This document shows, piece after piece, positions 17,529 through 26,909 of a DNA stretch of 64,000 nucleotides. The notes under the pieces are model-generated. The model did no database searches and had not been told where the DNA came from. It saw only the letters and a list, made by a program, of their open reading frames with translations. The stretch spans positions 8,066 through 72,065 of the forward strand of contig CAZRDO010000003.1 of NCBI GenBank assembly GCA_964599225.1, in the 5' to 3' direction. Source of the stretch: an uncultured Candidatus Saccharibacteria bacterium (GTDB lineage Bacteria > Patescibacteriota > Minisyncoccia > Phycocordibacterales > UBA9973). A program made the translations under genes and the position numbers. Every line of letters begins with the position of its first letter. The first letter of the stretch is position 1.

Positions 17529-19214
17529 ATGAAAGAAATACTAAGAAAAGCGATAGAAATTGCAGTTGAAGAGCTCGGGTATAAAGCCGAGGTGTTTTCA
17601 GTTGCAGAACCTGCTGATTTGGCAAATGGCGACTATTCTACCAACATTGCACTTCTCTTGGCCAAGACCGCAGGGGAGAAACCTCACAATCTCGCTGAGA
17701 AAATCGTCGCACAATTAGAAAAATCAAAACAACTTGAACGTGTTGAACGCGTTAGTATCGCTGGTCCGGGTTTCGTTAATTTCTATTTGAAGAGTTCATA
17801 TTTTAGCTCCACTATTCAATCAATAGATAAGGATTGGGGAAAGAGTGGAAAGTTTAAAGACAGAAAGATTCTTGTGGAGCACTCAAGTCCTAACTTGTTC
17901 AAGTCTTTCCACATAGGGCACGTGATGAATAACACCATTGGTGAATCCATCAAGCGCTTAGCAGAATTCTCTGGAGCCGAGGTAACAACCATTTCATATC
18001 CATCTGATGTCTCGCTTGGCATTGCTAAAGCGGTTTATGTCATGCTCGAAGACGGACTCGAGAAAGTTAATTCATTCTCTACAATTACCGAGAAATTAAA
18101 TTATCTGGGTGAGTGTTATGTGCGAGGCACGAAGGCATTTGAAGAAGACAAATCACTTGAACCACGTATCCGTGAAATTACACAAATCCTCTATGACAAG
18201 AAAACCGATACCAAAGAATATGAAGCATATCAATTAGGACGAGATATTAATCTCCAGTATTTCAAGGAAATTACGAGAAGGCTTGGCTCAGAATTTAACG
18301 ATTTCATATTTGAGAGCGAAGCTGGCGTTGAAGGAGCAAAACTTGTACGTGTACATGTGGGTGATGTGTTTACCGAGAGCGATGGCGCAATTATTTTCAA
18401 AGGCGAGGATGTCGGACTTCATACCAGAGTTTTTATTACCAAAGAAGGCAATCCAATCTATGAAGCCAAAGACATAGGACTGCTTTCGCTTAAATTTTCA
18501 CGGTTTACACCTGATCTCTCAATCTTTATTACAGACCATGAACAAGGGGAGTATTTCAAGGTTGTCATGGCAGCAGCAGGAATGATTAATCCAGTATGGA
18601 AGGAGCACTCAATACACCGCACACATGGCAGGATGAGTTTTAAAGGTATGAAAATGTCATCACGCTTGGGTGGAGTACCTCTTGCACATGATGTACTGGA
18701 TTCAATTATTGAAGAAGTTACTAAACGTTCAAGAGATCTCACTGGAGAAGCAAATGACATTATCGCGATTTCAGCACTTAAATTCTCCATTCTTCGTTCA
18801 ATGGCCGGCAAAGATATTAACTTTGACCCTGATACGTCACTCTCGTTTGAAGGCGACTCAGGACCCTATCTTCTCTATAGTGCGGTACGTGCGCAATCGA
18901 TTCTCACAAAGGCAAACTTTACGGATAAAAATGGAATAAAGATTCCAGAAGACTGGCAGAGCACCATGCTTGAACGACAACTTATTCATTTCCCAGAAAT
19001 TGTGTCGCGCGGAATCGAGGAATGGGCACCACATCATATGGTCATCTACCTCCTTGCACTCGCACAAGAATTTAATAGTTGGTATGCAAATACACAAATC
19101 TTTGATGAGAATGATGTTTCTTCACCTTACAAACTTGCGATCACCAAAGCATTTTATACTACGATGAAAAATGGCCTCTATCTTTTGGGAATTGAAGTAC
19201 CGGAGAAAATGTAA
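17529..19214 (+). CDS. argS: Arginine--tRNA ligase
   Basis: Class I HIGH motif (SFHIGHVMNNTIG), a KMSxR-type region (MKMSSRLG) and a C-terminal DALR anticodon-binding region. Start taken at the ATG at 17529 after the upstream terminator; the track start at 17499 is a TTG. Confidence 0.9.
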   Translation: MKEILRKAIEIAVEELGYKAEVFSVAEPADLANGDYSTNIALLLAKTAGEKPHNLAEKIVAQLEKSKQLERVERVSIAGPGFVNFYLKSSYFSSTIQSIDKDWGKSGKFKDRKILVEHSSPNLFKSFHIGHVMNNTIGESIKRLAEFSGAEVTTISYPSDVSLGIAKAVYVMLEDGLEKVNSFSTITEKLNYLGECYVRGTKAFEEDKSLEPRIREITQILYDKKTDTKEYEAYQLGRDINLQYFKEITRRLGSEFNDFIFESEAGVEGAKLVRVHVGDVFTESDGAIIFKGEDVGLHTRVFITKEGNPIYEAKDIGLLSLKFSRFTPDLSIFITDHEQGEYFKVVMAAAGMINPVWKEHSIHRTHGRMSFKGMKMSSRLGGVPLAHDVLDSIIEEVTKRSRDLTGEANDIIAISALKFSILRSMAGKDINFDPDTSLSFEGDSGPYLLYSAVRAQSILTKANFTDKNGIKIPEDWQSTMLERQLIHFPEIVSRGIEEWAPHHMVIYLLALAQEFNSWYANTQIFDENDVSSPYKLAITKAFYTTMKNGLYLLGIEVPEKM

Positions 19215-19263
19215 TGAGTGAGCGGATAGCCTGCCTGCCGATATCGGCAGGGGAATAGTAAAA

Positions 19264-19292
19264 CAAAAAAGAAGTCTTTAGACTTCTTTTTT
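19264..19292. terminator. Bidirectional rho-independent terminator
   Basis: AAAAAAGAAGTC-TTTA-GACTTCTTTTTT hairpin. It overlaps the stop codon of the convergent minus-strand gene. Confidence 0.7.
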
Positions 19293-19793
19293 GTTTTTGA
19301 AAGCGTGTACTGCTTCGAGAATTTTATCTCGCACTAGATTTGGTCTAGCAACATCAGGAATTTTGAATTCTTCAGACGCTCCTGCAGTCTGGACTTTCAC
19401 TAGACCCATTCCGAAAATTTCATCAAAAATTCCACGGGATTCGACAGTGACATCCTGAATGTTGCCAAGTTCGAGTGTGGAAACCGAACGAGTGAAGAGA
19501 CTCTGTTGATCAATATCGACGAGTCGCTCACTCGTGAGTACCCATGAGTCAAGCATGTAGTTGGTCCAAGAAACGAAGAATCCTACCCAAGCAAAAAGTA
19601 TCCAGATCGTATTACCAAGTTCGAGATAGGGGATGTACCCAGAGAAAATATGAATGAGTGAGAAATGGGTGAGGATTTTTACTGCGAGTGAGGGAAGTAT
19701 ACCGAGAATAAAAAACCCAATCGCTCGAGTCAGAACATAGATGACGTGTTTTCGATACACTGCAATACGTTTTTCTCCAGGATATAATTTCAT
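19278..19793 (-). CDS. Membrane protein with bacterial PH (bPH_2/DUF304) domain
   Basis: Two N-terminal TM helices, then a YdbS/YdbT-like PH-domain pattern (WVLTSERLVDIDQQSLFTRSVSTLELGNIQDV). Confidence 0.55.
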   Translation of the reverse strand: MKLYPGEKRIAVYRKHVIYVLTRAIGFFILGILPSLAVKILTHFSLIHIFSGYIPYLELGNTIWILFAWVGFFVSWTNYMLDSWVLTSERLVDIDQQSLFTRSVSTLELGNIQDVTVESRGIFDEIFGMGLVKVQTAGASEEFKIPDVARPNLVRDKILEAVHAFKNKKEV

Positions 19794-20059
19794 ATTAATG
19801 CGCGTATTTGATTATAAATACTTAAAAGTAGCGCAGCGGTTCCGAAGCCATAGAGTGCATAGATCGCGATACCTTGAATCCAGTCTTGTCCATATTCTTT
19901 CCAATGCCAGAAAAGAAAAATTGATATGAAAATTATGACCAGTGCGATTAGATAAAATAAATAGATAAAGCCATGTGGTAGGAAAGTTTGTAGCCACGGA
20001 GTGCCGTCAATCGAAAACTGAGGAAGTGCTCCAGAGAGATCGGGAAGTGTCGGATTCAT
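19790..20059 (-). CDS. Small membrane protein, hypothetical
   Basis: 89-aa ORF with two TM helices whose 3' end overlaps the downstream gene by 4 nt (operon-like). Confidence 0.45.
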   Translation of the reverse strand: MNPTLPDLSGALPQFSIDGTPWLQTFLPHGFIYLFYLIALVIIFISIFLFWHWKEYGQDWIQGIAIYALYGFGTAALLLSIYNQIRALI

Positions 20060-20089
20060 GAAGATATTTTAGCATATGAGCTTCGGTAC

Positions 20090-20118
20090 TTGTCATAATA
20101 TGGTAATTGCCTATAATG
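20090..20118 (+). promoter_or_regulatory. Sigma70-like promoter (TTGTCA-17-TATAAT) of the ileS leader
   Basis: TTGTCA at 20090-20095, an exact 17-nt spacer, and TATAAT at 20113-20118. Confidence 0.55.
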
Positions 20119-20124
20119 AGGGAA

Positions 20125-20371
20125 AGCACTGACGAGGCCCCGCCCCAGAAATCCGCTCAGACAGATTCGGGCAGGCATCACCTCTGAGCTCGCCGTAGGC
20201 GAGTAGGCTTCAGGAAGAATGCCCTAAAACATTTGATGACAAATGTTCGGGTACATAGAACCTGACGGGTAAACCCGTAATAGTTGTAACAAGAAGTAAG
20301 TAAGGTGGTACCACGAGGAAACTCGTCCTTATCCAATCAAGATTATTGGTTGTATGAGGACGAGTTTTTAT
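20125..20371 (+). promoter_or_regulatory. T-box riboswitch leader upstream of ileS
   Basis: A ~230-nt leader contains the T-box consensus AAGGTGGTACCACGAGG at ~20302-20318. A terminator/sequestrator hairpin (CTCGTCCT ... AGGACGAG then TTTTTAT) follows, and a candidate ATC specifier lies in an upstream GC-rich stem. It sits upstream of an aminoacyl-tRNA synthetase gene. Confidence 0.6.
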
Positions 20372-23300
20372 ATGGAAGAAAAAACAGAAAACAAAAAATC
20401 AGAATCAGTGCTTCGCGAAGAAGCGGTTTTAAAGTTTTGGCAGGAAAATGAAATTTTCAAAAAATCCCTCAAAAAAGACTCCCCAAAAGGTAACTATGTA
20501 TTCTACGATGGACCTCCTTTTGCGACAGGATTGCCACATTATGGACACATTCTTGGTTCAACGGCAAAAGATGTTGTGGGACGATACCAAACTATGCAAG
20601 GCTATCGGGTGCCAAGGCGTTGGGGATGGGATTGTCATGGACTTCCAATTGAAAATATTGTTGAGAAAGATTTAAAAGTTTCTGGACACAAAGAAATTGA
20701 AGCGCTTGGAGTAAAGCAGTTTGTTGAGCACGCACGAAGCAAGGTACTTACCTATGTGCACGATTGGAAGAGGACAGTGGACCGTATAGGTCGCTGGGTT
20801 GATTTCGAAGGTGGCTATAAAACAATGGATAATACATTCATTGAAAGTGTGTGGTGGGCGCTTGCTGAACTTCAAAAAAAGAATCTTCTCTACGAAGGCG
20901 TGCGAGTGTTGGCATACTGTCCGCGTTGTGAAACTCCGATTGCCAATTCAGAAATCGCCATGGATAATAGTTACAAAGACATTACTGATATTTCAGTGTA
21001 TGTGAAATTTGAACTTGTCGATGAGTCAGGAACATATTTACTTGCTTGGACAACAACACCTTGGACACTGCCGGGGAATACAGCGATTGCAATTAACAAG
21101 GATACGATTTATATCAAAGCCAAAGTTGGCGAAGATACTGTAATTCTCGCAAAAGAGTTAGTTGAAAAAGTGCTTGGTGAGAAGGAATTTACAATGGTAG
21201 AAGAATTTTCTGGTGCGACACTTATTGGTAAAAAATACAAACCAGTTTTTTCATATTTTGAAAACAAAGAAATACAGAATAAAGAAAATATTTGGAAAGT
21301 CTGGCATGCGGATTTTGTAACAACTGAAAAAGGAACAGGTATTGCTCATATGGCGCCAGCATTTGGAGAAGAAGACATGATGCTTGCGAAGAAAGAGAAT
21401 ATTCCTTGGATTATTCATGTTGACCCAACTGGTAAATTTACCGACGAAGTAACTGATTTTGCTGGGCAGTTAGTGAAGCCAAAATCTGATCAAAAAGATG
21501 GTCACCAAGCTACTGATATTGAAATAATAAAATATCTAGCACATCGAGGTTCATTATTTGCAAAAGAAAAAATAATCCACTCATATCCGCACTGCTACCG
21601 CTGTGAAACACCACTTTATTATTACGCTCTCCCATCATGGTTTGTGAATATTCAGAGTGCAAAAGCTCAGATTCTTGAAAAAGCCAAGGAAATGAATTGG
21701 GTACCTGAGTATTTGAAAGACGGACGATTCCACAATATTCTCGAAGGAGCACCTGATTGGACTATTTCACGCAATCGGTATTGGGCAAGCCCTTTGCCAT
21801 TTTGGAAGTCTAAGAATGGGGATCTAATGGTCGTTAGCTCACTAGAAGAATTGAAAAAGAAGACAAAGAAATCTGGAAATAAGTATTTCGTCATGCGCCA
21901 TGGCGGTACCGAGGGTAATGCCAAGGGTGTTATTAGTTTCAAATATCAAGAAAGTGATAATTTAACAGAAGAAGGTAAAACGCAAGTTGAAAGGACTGTG
22001 GAGGCACTACAGCATGAAAAGATCGATCTTATTATTTCTTCACCGTTTACGCGCACCAGAGAAACAACAGAGATTTTGCGTGAAAAGCTTGATCTCTCAG
22101 ACGATCAGATCATCTTCGCTGACGAATTGCATGAAATCGATGGCGGGGATTTTGATGGGAAAACCTGGGAAGAATATCATCAATATATTTTGCAAATGGG
22201 TGAAGATTGGTTTGTAGAGAAGATTCCTGGTGGTGAATCACTCAAAGATGTGGGCAAGCGAACAGGCAAAGTATTGTATGAATTAGAAAATAATTATAAA
22301 GACAAAAATATTTTGATTGTGACGCACGGGGGTCCCGCCTGGGCACTCTTTGTGAATGCTGGATTATTTAGTCCAGTAAATAAAGAATACCAGCCGGCAA
22401 ATTCTCATGTGTTTGTGCCAGAATTTAAACGCTTTCATAATGCCGAGGTGCGAACATTGCCGTTTGTACCACTTCCTCACAACGATAATTACGAACTTGA
22501 TATTCATCGTCCCTACATCGATGAGATTACACTTGTTGATGAAGGTGGAGAGGAATATCATCGAATACCTGAAGTGATTGATTGTTGGTTTGAATCAGGC
22601 TCAATGCCATTCGCTCAAGATCACTATCCTTTTGAACGACCAAACTGGCCAGAAGAAAATTTCCCAGCGGACTTTGTTGCAGAATATATTGCCCAGACTA
22701 GGACGTGGTTTTACTATACGCATGTGCTCTCAACAATCCTGTTTGATCATGCGCCATTTAAACATGTCGTTACAACTGGAACACTGCTTGCCGAAGATGG
22801 AGAGAAAATGTCTAAATCAAAAGGTAATTATCCTGATCCTTGGATTTTGTTTGATAAATATGGTGTTGACGCACTACGACTTTTTCTTATGGGGAGTCCA
22901 CTGATGAGAGGAGAAGACATGAATTTCTCAGAAAAAGCAGTTGATGACATTTATAAAAAGATTGTATCTCGACTCAATAATGTTTTAGTTTTTTACGAAC
23001 TTTATCGAGAAATAGGAATCGAAAACGAAAAAGCGAAAATCGAAAGCGAAAATGTGCTTGATCAATGGATTATAGCGAGACTCAATCAGACCATGACTGA
23101 AGTGACAATACATATGAATATGTATCAATTAACTGAAGCAGTACGACCTTTTGATCTATTTGTTGATGATCTATCAACATGGTACCTCCGTCGTTCTCGT
23201 GATCGAATCAAAGATGGTGATACTGAAGCCAAAGCCACACTCTATTATGTAATAAAAACCCTCGCACAAATTATGGCACCGTTTGCCCCATTTACGGCCG

Positions 23301-23857
23301 AAGATATCTGGAGACGATTGAGAAGTGGTGAAGATGAAGAAAGTGTACACCTAACAAAGTGGCCAGAAATAAGTCAAAAGTCGAAGGTCGAAATCGAAAA
23401 GTTGTTAGAAGAAATGCAGGTTGTGAGAGATCTTTGTACTGTTGGAAATGCACTTCGCAAGAAATCTAATATACCACTTCGCCAGCCACTTGCGTTTTTC
23501 TTTGTGACTGAAGATTTAACGGATGAATTCAAAGAAATTATCAAAGATGAGCTCAATGTCAAAGCAGTCGAGAAGGGGACTGTGATTATATTCGATGAGC
23601 GAATTACGCCAGAACTCAAAGCAGAAGGAGATTATCGTGAATTTGTTCGCGGAGTTCAGGAGTTACGCAAAAAGGCTGGACTCACGCCAAGTGACCGAGT
23701 TACGGTAACACTTTCAGCTAATGCAGAGCCACTGGTGAGACAATTTATGGAAGACTTCAAGAAAACAGTGTTGGCTGATAAAGTTGTCTTTACAGAGAAT
23801 GATGGAGAAAAAGTGAAGACAGGTGAAGATGAGTTTAGTGTTACACTCGAAAAATAA
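20354..23857 (+). CDS. ileS: Isoleucine--tRNA ligase (type 2) with inserted histidine-phosphatase domain
   Basis: HIGH (PHYGHILGS), CP1 editing-domain landmarks (WTISRNRYWASPLPFW) and KMSKS (KMSKSKGN). Residues ~510-700 (FVMRHGGTEGN ... ILIVTHGGPAW) are a PGAM-like His phosphatase. An alternative start is the ATG at 20372, after the leader hairpin. Confidence 0.9.
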   Translation: MRTSFYMEEKTENKKSESVLREEAVLKFWQENEIFKKSLKKDSPKGNYVFYDGPPFATGLPHYGHILGSTAKDVVGRYQTMQGYRVPRRWGWDCHGLPIENIVEKDLKVSGHKEIEALGVKQFVEHARSKVLTYVHDWKRTVDRIGRWVDFEGGYKTMDNTFIESVWWALAELQKKNLLYEGVRVLAYCPRCETPIANSEIAMDNSYKDITDISVYVKFELVDESGTYLLAWTTTPWTLPGNTAIAINKDTIYIKAKVGEDTVILAKELVEKVLGEKEFTMVEEFSGATLIGKKYKPVFSYFENKEIQNKENIWKVWHADFVTTEKGTGIAHMAPAFGEEDMMLAKKENIPWIIHVDPTGKFTDEVTDFAGQLVKPKSDQKDGHQATDIEIIKYLAHRGSLFAKEKIIHSYPHCYRCETPLYYYALPSWFVNIQSAKAQILEKAKEMNWVPEYLKDGRFHNILEGAPDWTISRNRYWASPLPFWKSKNGDLMVVSSLEELKKKTKKSGNKYFVMRHGGTEGNAKGVISFKYQESDNLTEEGKTQVERTVEALQHEKIDLIISSPFTRTRETTEILREKLDLSDDQIIFADELHEIDGGDFDGKTWEEYHQYILQMGEDWFVEKIPGGESLKDVGKRTGKVLYELENNYKDKNILIVTHGGPAWALFVNAGLFSPVNKEYQPANSHVFVPEFKRFHNAEVRTLPFVPLPHNDNYELDIHRPYIDEITLVDEGGEEYHRIPEVIDCWFESGSMPFAQDHYPFERPNWPEENFPADFVAEYIAQTRTWFYYTHVLSTILFDHAPFKHVVTTGTLLAEDGEKMSKSKGNYPDPWILFDKYGVDALRLFLMGSPLMRGEDMNFSEKAVDDIYKKIVSRLNNVLVFYELYREIGIENEKAKIESENVLDQWIIARLNQTMTEVTIHMNMYQLTEAVRPFDLFVDDLSTWYLRRSRDRIKDGDTEAKATLYYVIKTLAQIMAPFAPFTAEDIWRRLRSGEDEESVHLTKWPEISQKSKVEIEKLLEEMQVVRDLCTVGNALRKKSNIPLRQPLAFFFVTEDLTDEFKEIIKDELNVKAVEKGTVIIFDERITPELKAEGDYREFVRGVQELRKKAGLTPSDRVTVTLSANAEPLVRQFMEDFKKTVLADKVVFTENDGEKVKTGEDEFSVTLEK

Positions 23858-23858
23858 T

Positions 23859-24185
23859 ATGAAAAAATTCCTTGTAGTCATTCTTGTACTTATTAATGTT
23901 TATGTCATATATACGGGCTATAAAATATTCTTTTGGGAACCAAAGGTTGTCTCAGAGGCACCACAAGACTTCTGCCTTACTACTCCCACTTCTCCATTTA
24001 TTGGAACTAATATATTCACTGGTGAATGTCATTACTGGCCCGGCTCATCTTGTCTAATAAGCAAGAATATACCATGGTGGTATAAAGGTAGCTGTTCACA
24101 AGAAGGTTTAGAGAGTGTCTCAAAAGAAATAGGGATTTCAATCGAAAGTTTACAAAGATTAAATTTACAGCCTGGACGTTTCTAA
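23859..24185 (+). CDS. Small membrane-anchored Cys-containing protein, hypothetical
   Basis: ATG 1 nt after the ileS stop. MKKFLVVILVLINVYVIYTG is an anchor; the product has four Cys. Confidence 0.45.
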   Translation: MKKFLVVILVLINVYVIYTGYKIFFWEPKVVSEAPQDFCLTTPTSPFIGTNIFTGECHYWPGSSCLISKNIPWWYKGSCSQEGLESVSKEIGISIESLQRLNLQPGRF

Positions 24186-24187
24186 AT

Positions 24188-24796
24188 ATGAAAGCAATCC
24201 TTTTTGATTTTGATGGAGTGCTCGTGAACACATTACCAATGTGTTTTGAGATAAATCGAGAAAAGAATCCTAATTTCACCTTCGAACAGTATCAAGATAT
24301 GTCAAACGGTAATTTCTATGTTTCGTACGTTGAACATAGCGCTAAGGGTCTTTATGTTGCTCATGACGACTACCACAAACAATATGCAAAACATCTCATA
24401 CAATACCAAGTTCCAGAAGAATTAAAGAGGCTCATTATAGAATTGAAAGATAAGTTTCTCTTGGCCATTATTACTTCTGGGGACACCTCGGCAATTAGTA
24501 CACTACTAGAAAAAGAAAATATACGTTCATATTTTTCTGAACTACTTGGATACGATTTTCATACTGATAAAACTCATAAGATTTTGCATGTACTCAAGCA
24601 GTATTCAATTGAACCACATAATACTGTGTTTATTACCGATACGCTCGGGGATATTCTTGAAGCAGAGAAAGCGGGAGTCTCAGCAATCGCAGTGACCTGG
24701 GGTCTTCATGATAGAGATAGACTTAAGAAAGGTAAGCCTATCACTATTGTTGATACAGTTGGAGAATTAGAAACTAAAATTAAAGAAGTATTGTGA
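24188..24796 (+). CDS. HAD superfamily hydrolase (subfamily IA)
   Basis: Motif I (ILFDFDGVLVNT), motif II/III context, and a C-terminal DTxxD-like TDTLGDI. Confidence 0.8.
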   Translation: MKAILFDFDGVLVNTLPMCFEINREKNPNFTFEQYQDMSNGNFYVSYVEHSAKGLYVAHDDYHKQYAKHLIQYQVPEELKRLIIELKDKFLLAIITSGDTSAISTLLEKENIRSYFSELLGYDFHTDKTHKILHVLKQYSIEPHNTVFITDTLGDILEAEKAGVSAIAVTWGLHDRDRLKKGKPITIVDTVGELETKIKEVL

Positions 24797-25608
24797 TGAA
24801 ATCACTCAAATTCCAACCGCATCTCCGAGATCCGATTTTAGATGGTAGCAAAACTATAACCTGGCGATTTTTTGACGATAAAGATATACAAGTTGGTGAC
24901 GAATTAGAATTCTTTGTCAGTGGCGATGATCGATCATTTGGTCACGTAAGTGTGATAAAAATTGAGAGTAAAAAAGTTGGTGAGCTTACCCAAGATGAAA
25001 TGAGTGCTCATGGCTACCATTCAATCGAAGAAGTTATTGAGGCACACAACACTTACTATGGCGGCAAGATAACAGAGGAGACTCCACTAAAAATAATTTA
25101 CTTCTCCCGAGTCAAAGATCCATATCAAGTAGTGAATCCGTATAAGTATTCTCCAGAAGAAATTGCTAAGCTTCCTATAGCCAAAAAAGTCCGTGCAGCA
25201 GTTTTCTTAGACGAAAATACACTTATCTGTACTGAAGAAGAAAATATGGAACAGATGGTGCTTGGAATGCCAGGTGGAGGTATTGAGGAAGGGGAGGATA
25301 ATGAGAGTGCACTTCGACGTGAGGTGAGGGAAGAGGTGGGTTATGAAATTAAGAATATTTCATTCCTTGGCACAATAGAGGCTGTAAGAGAGTCTTATAG
25401 ATCTGTCACACTCTGTTACCAGTGTGAAGTAGAGGGTGTAGCTGGAGAGCTTAAGCCCACCGAAAAAGAGATTAGAGCCAAAACCCATCCAGTAATTGTG
25501 AAAACCAAGGAAGCTCATATGAGATGTAAAAATGAGTATGAAAAATATGGAACATTTCACTCAATTCGATCTGTGTTTATACTTGAACATTTAAAAAAGA
25601 ATACTTGA
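24793..25608 (+). CDS. ASCH domain / NUDIX hydrolase fusion protein
   Basis: N-terminal ASCH/PUA-like segment (ILDGSKTITWRF...GDELEF). C-terminal Nudix box (GGGIEEGEDNESALRREVREEVGY). Overlaps the HAD gene by 4 nt. Confidence 0.75.
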   Translation: MMKSLKFQPHLRDPILDGSKTITWRFFDDKDIQVGDELEFFVSGDDRSFGHVSVIKIESKKVGELTQDEMSAHGYHSIEEVIEAHNTYYGGKITEETPLKIIYFSRVKDPYQVVNPYKYSPEEIAKLPIAKKVRAAVFLDENTLICTEEENMEQMVLGMPGGGIEEGEDNESALRREVREEVGYEIKNISFLGTIEAVRESYRSVTLCYQCEVEGVAGELKPTEKEIRAKTHPVIVKTKEAHMRCKNEYEKYGTFHSIRSVFILEHLKKNT

Positions 25609-25654
25609 TTATAATTTTTACTATAAAAACATAATTTTCCGCTATAATATAGAC

Positions 25655-26857
25655 ATGAAAAAGCTTTTTGGAATACTTCTCATCGCTGTAGTTGTCGTAG
25701 GCATCTTGTTGATCGTCAAGGACAATACTACACCTCTCATCGAGCCCATAGTCTCGTATGACTTGAGTTCGCTGGATGTATTTAGTAAGCCACTTTCTGA
25801 ATCAGGAATACGAGCTGATTCGATTGGATTTACCTCATTTTCTCCAAGTGGGCACTATTTTATGTTTGTTGCCTTTAATGAAGCAATGACGCTAGGAAAT
25901 CAGACATTTGTCGTTGATTTAAGTTCTGGTTCAATTGTTAATCCAGAAGGTGTACCACAGCGCGGTTTCACTACGGCAAATGGCGACACATTAGAACTCT
26001 TCACGTCTAACGGTTTGGTACTCTATGATCCAAAAAATGATCCAGTGGTACCAGGGAAAGCGATTCCAAATTCAAAAGAGATTTTTGGTGGTGCACTTTC
26101 ACCAAACGGAAACTATTTCATTATGAATGGAAGTGACGGTGTGAGCTTGTACGATATGCACACTAAATCCGTGAGAGAGATCGGAGGGGGAAAGTATGAT
26201 GGGGCGCATGTATGGTTTTCTGATAATGCTCGAATACTTGGATATCGAGAAACTGATGAGAATCTCTTTGAAGCAGGCAAGGGTAGGGAGCTCGGCATTT
26301 GGAATATTGATGGAACGTTTTCCAAATTTCCCATCGAGGTTCCGGTGCACGTCATTGGTCTCATTGAATGGGTCGTGCCAGAGAAAATTGCTCGAGTGAA
26401 TGCTGGTTACGATGATGGCTCATTTGACTACCTTATCAATCTCGAGGCCAACACAGTTGCGAGTCTTGGCGACACCAGCGGTGCGATTATAGGTGGTATT
26501 GAAGTCGATGTGAAGAATGGAGTAGTCGGAGTACTTGGCGCATTTGAAGGCTCGGCAAATTATCTGAAAATGTTTGGAAGTGATGGTGCACTTTTGTATA
26601 AAATGACACTCGACCCACTGAAACTTTACAAAGATTTGCAAATTGTATCAAAAGACGAGGTGCTTTATCTTGAAAGCACAGTTCCATCAAATGGAGTTGG
26701 TAAAGATACTCTTCTTGTTAGACATAATCTTAAAACCAACCAAAAGAGTATTCTCAAAACATTTACAGATTCAAACTTCGTCTCACTCTCACTTCATCCC
26801 GATCATGTGACCTGGATAGTTTCAGATGGAACTGCCTTTTCATTGGGTAAATTATAA
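25655..26857 (+). CDS. Membrane-anchored hypothetical protein (beta-propeller/TolB-like repeats suspected)
   Basis: N-terminal TM helix. Repeated motifs (FSPSGHYFMFVA, LSPNGNYFIMNGSDGVSLYD) resemble PD40/WD-like blades. Confidence 0.45.
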   Translation: MKKLFGILLIAVVVVGILLIVKDNTTPLIEPIVSYDLSSLDVFSKPLSESGIRADSIGFTSFSPSGHYFMFVAFNEAMTLGNQTFVVDLSSGSIVNPEGVPQRGFTTANGDTLELFTSNGLVLYDPKNDPVVPGKAIPNSKEIFGGALSPNGNYFIMNGSDGVSLYDMHTKSVREIGGGKYDGAHVWFSDNARILGYRETDENLFEAGKGRELGIWNIDGTFSKFPIEVPVHVIGLIEWVVPEKIARVNAGYDDGSFDYLINLEANTVASLGDTSGAIIGGIEVDVKNGVVGVLGAFEGSANYLKMFGSDGALLYKMTLDPLKLYKDLQIVSKDEVLYLESTVPSNGVGKDTLLVRHNLKTNQKSILKTFTDSNFVSLSLHPDHVTWIVSDGTAFSLGKL

Positions 26858-26909
26858 ACCATGTTAGCTTAGTTCTTTTGAGACCTGGGTGGTAAAATTA
26901 CTGAACTAT

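Noticed and set aside
19234-19251. Perfect 18-nt palindrome CCTGCCGATATCGGCAGG after argS as a terminator
   Set aside because: No adjacent T-tract. The real terminator is the downstream GAAGTC hairpin with a T-run (19264-19292). It may still be a protein-binding site.
20354-20371. Choosing 20372 instead of 20354 as the ileS start
   Set aside because: Both are in frame and differ by 6 codons. 20354 lies inside the leader hairpin and 20372 just after the T-run. I kept the longer ORF-track coordinate and recorded the alternative, since the sequence alone cannot decide.
21881-22480. Intein in ileS as explanation for the extra length
   Set aside because: No intein splicing motifs (Cys/Ser at the N-extein junction, HN-C/S/T at the C-terminus) and no endonuclease blocks. 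The insert has histidine-phosphatase catalytic motifs instead.
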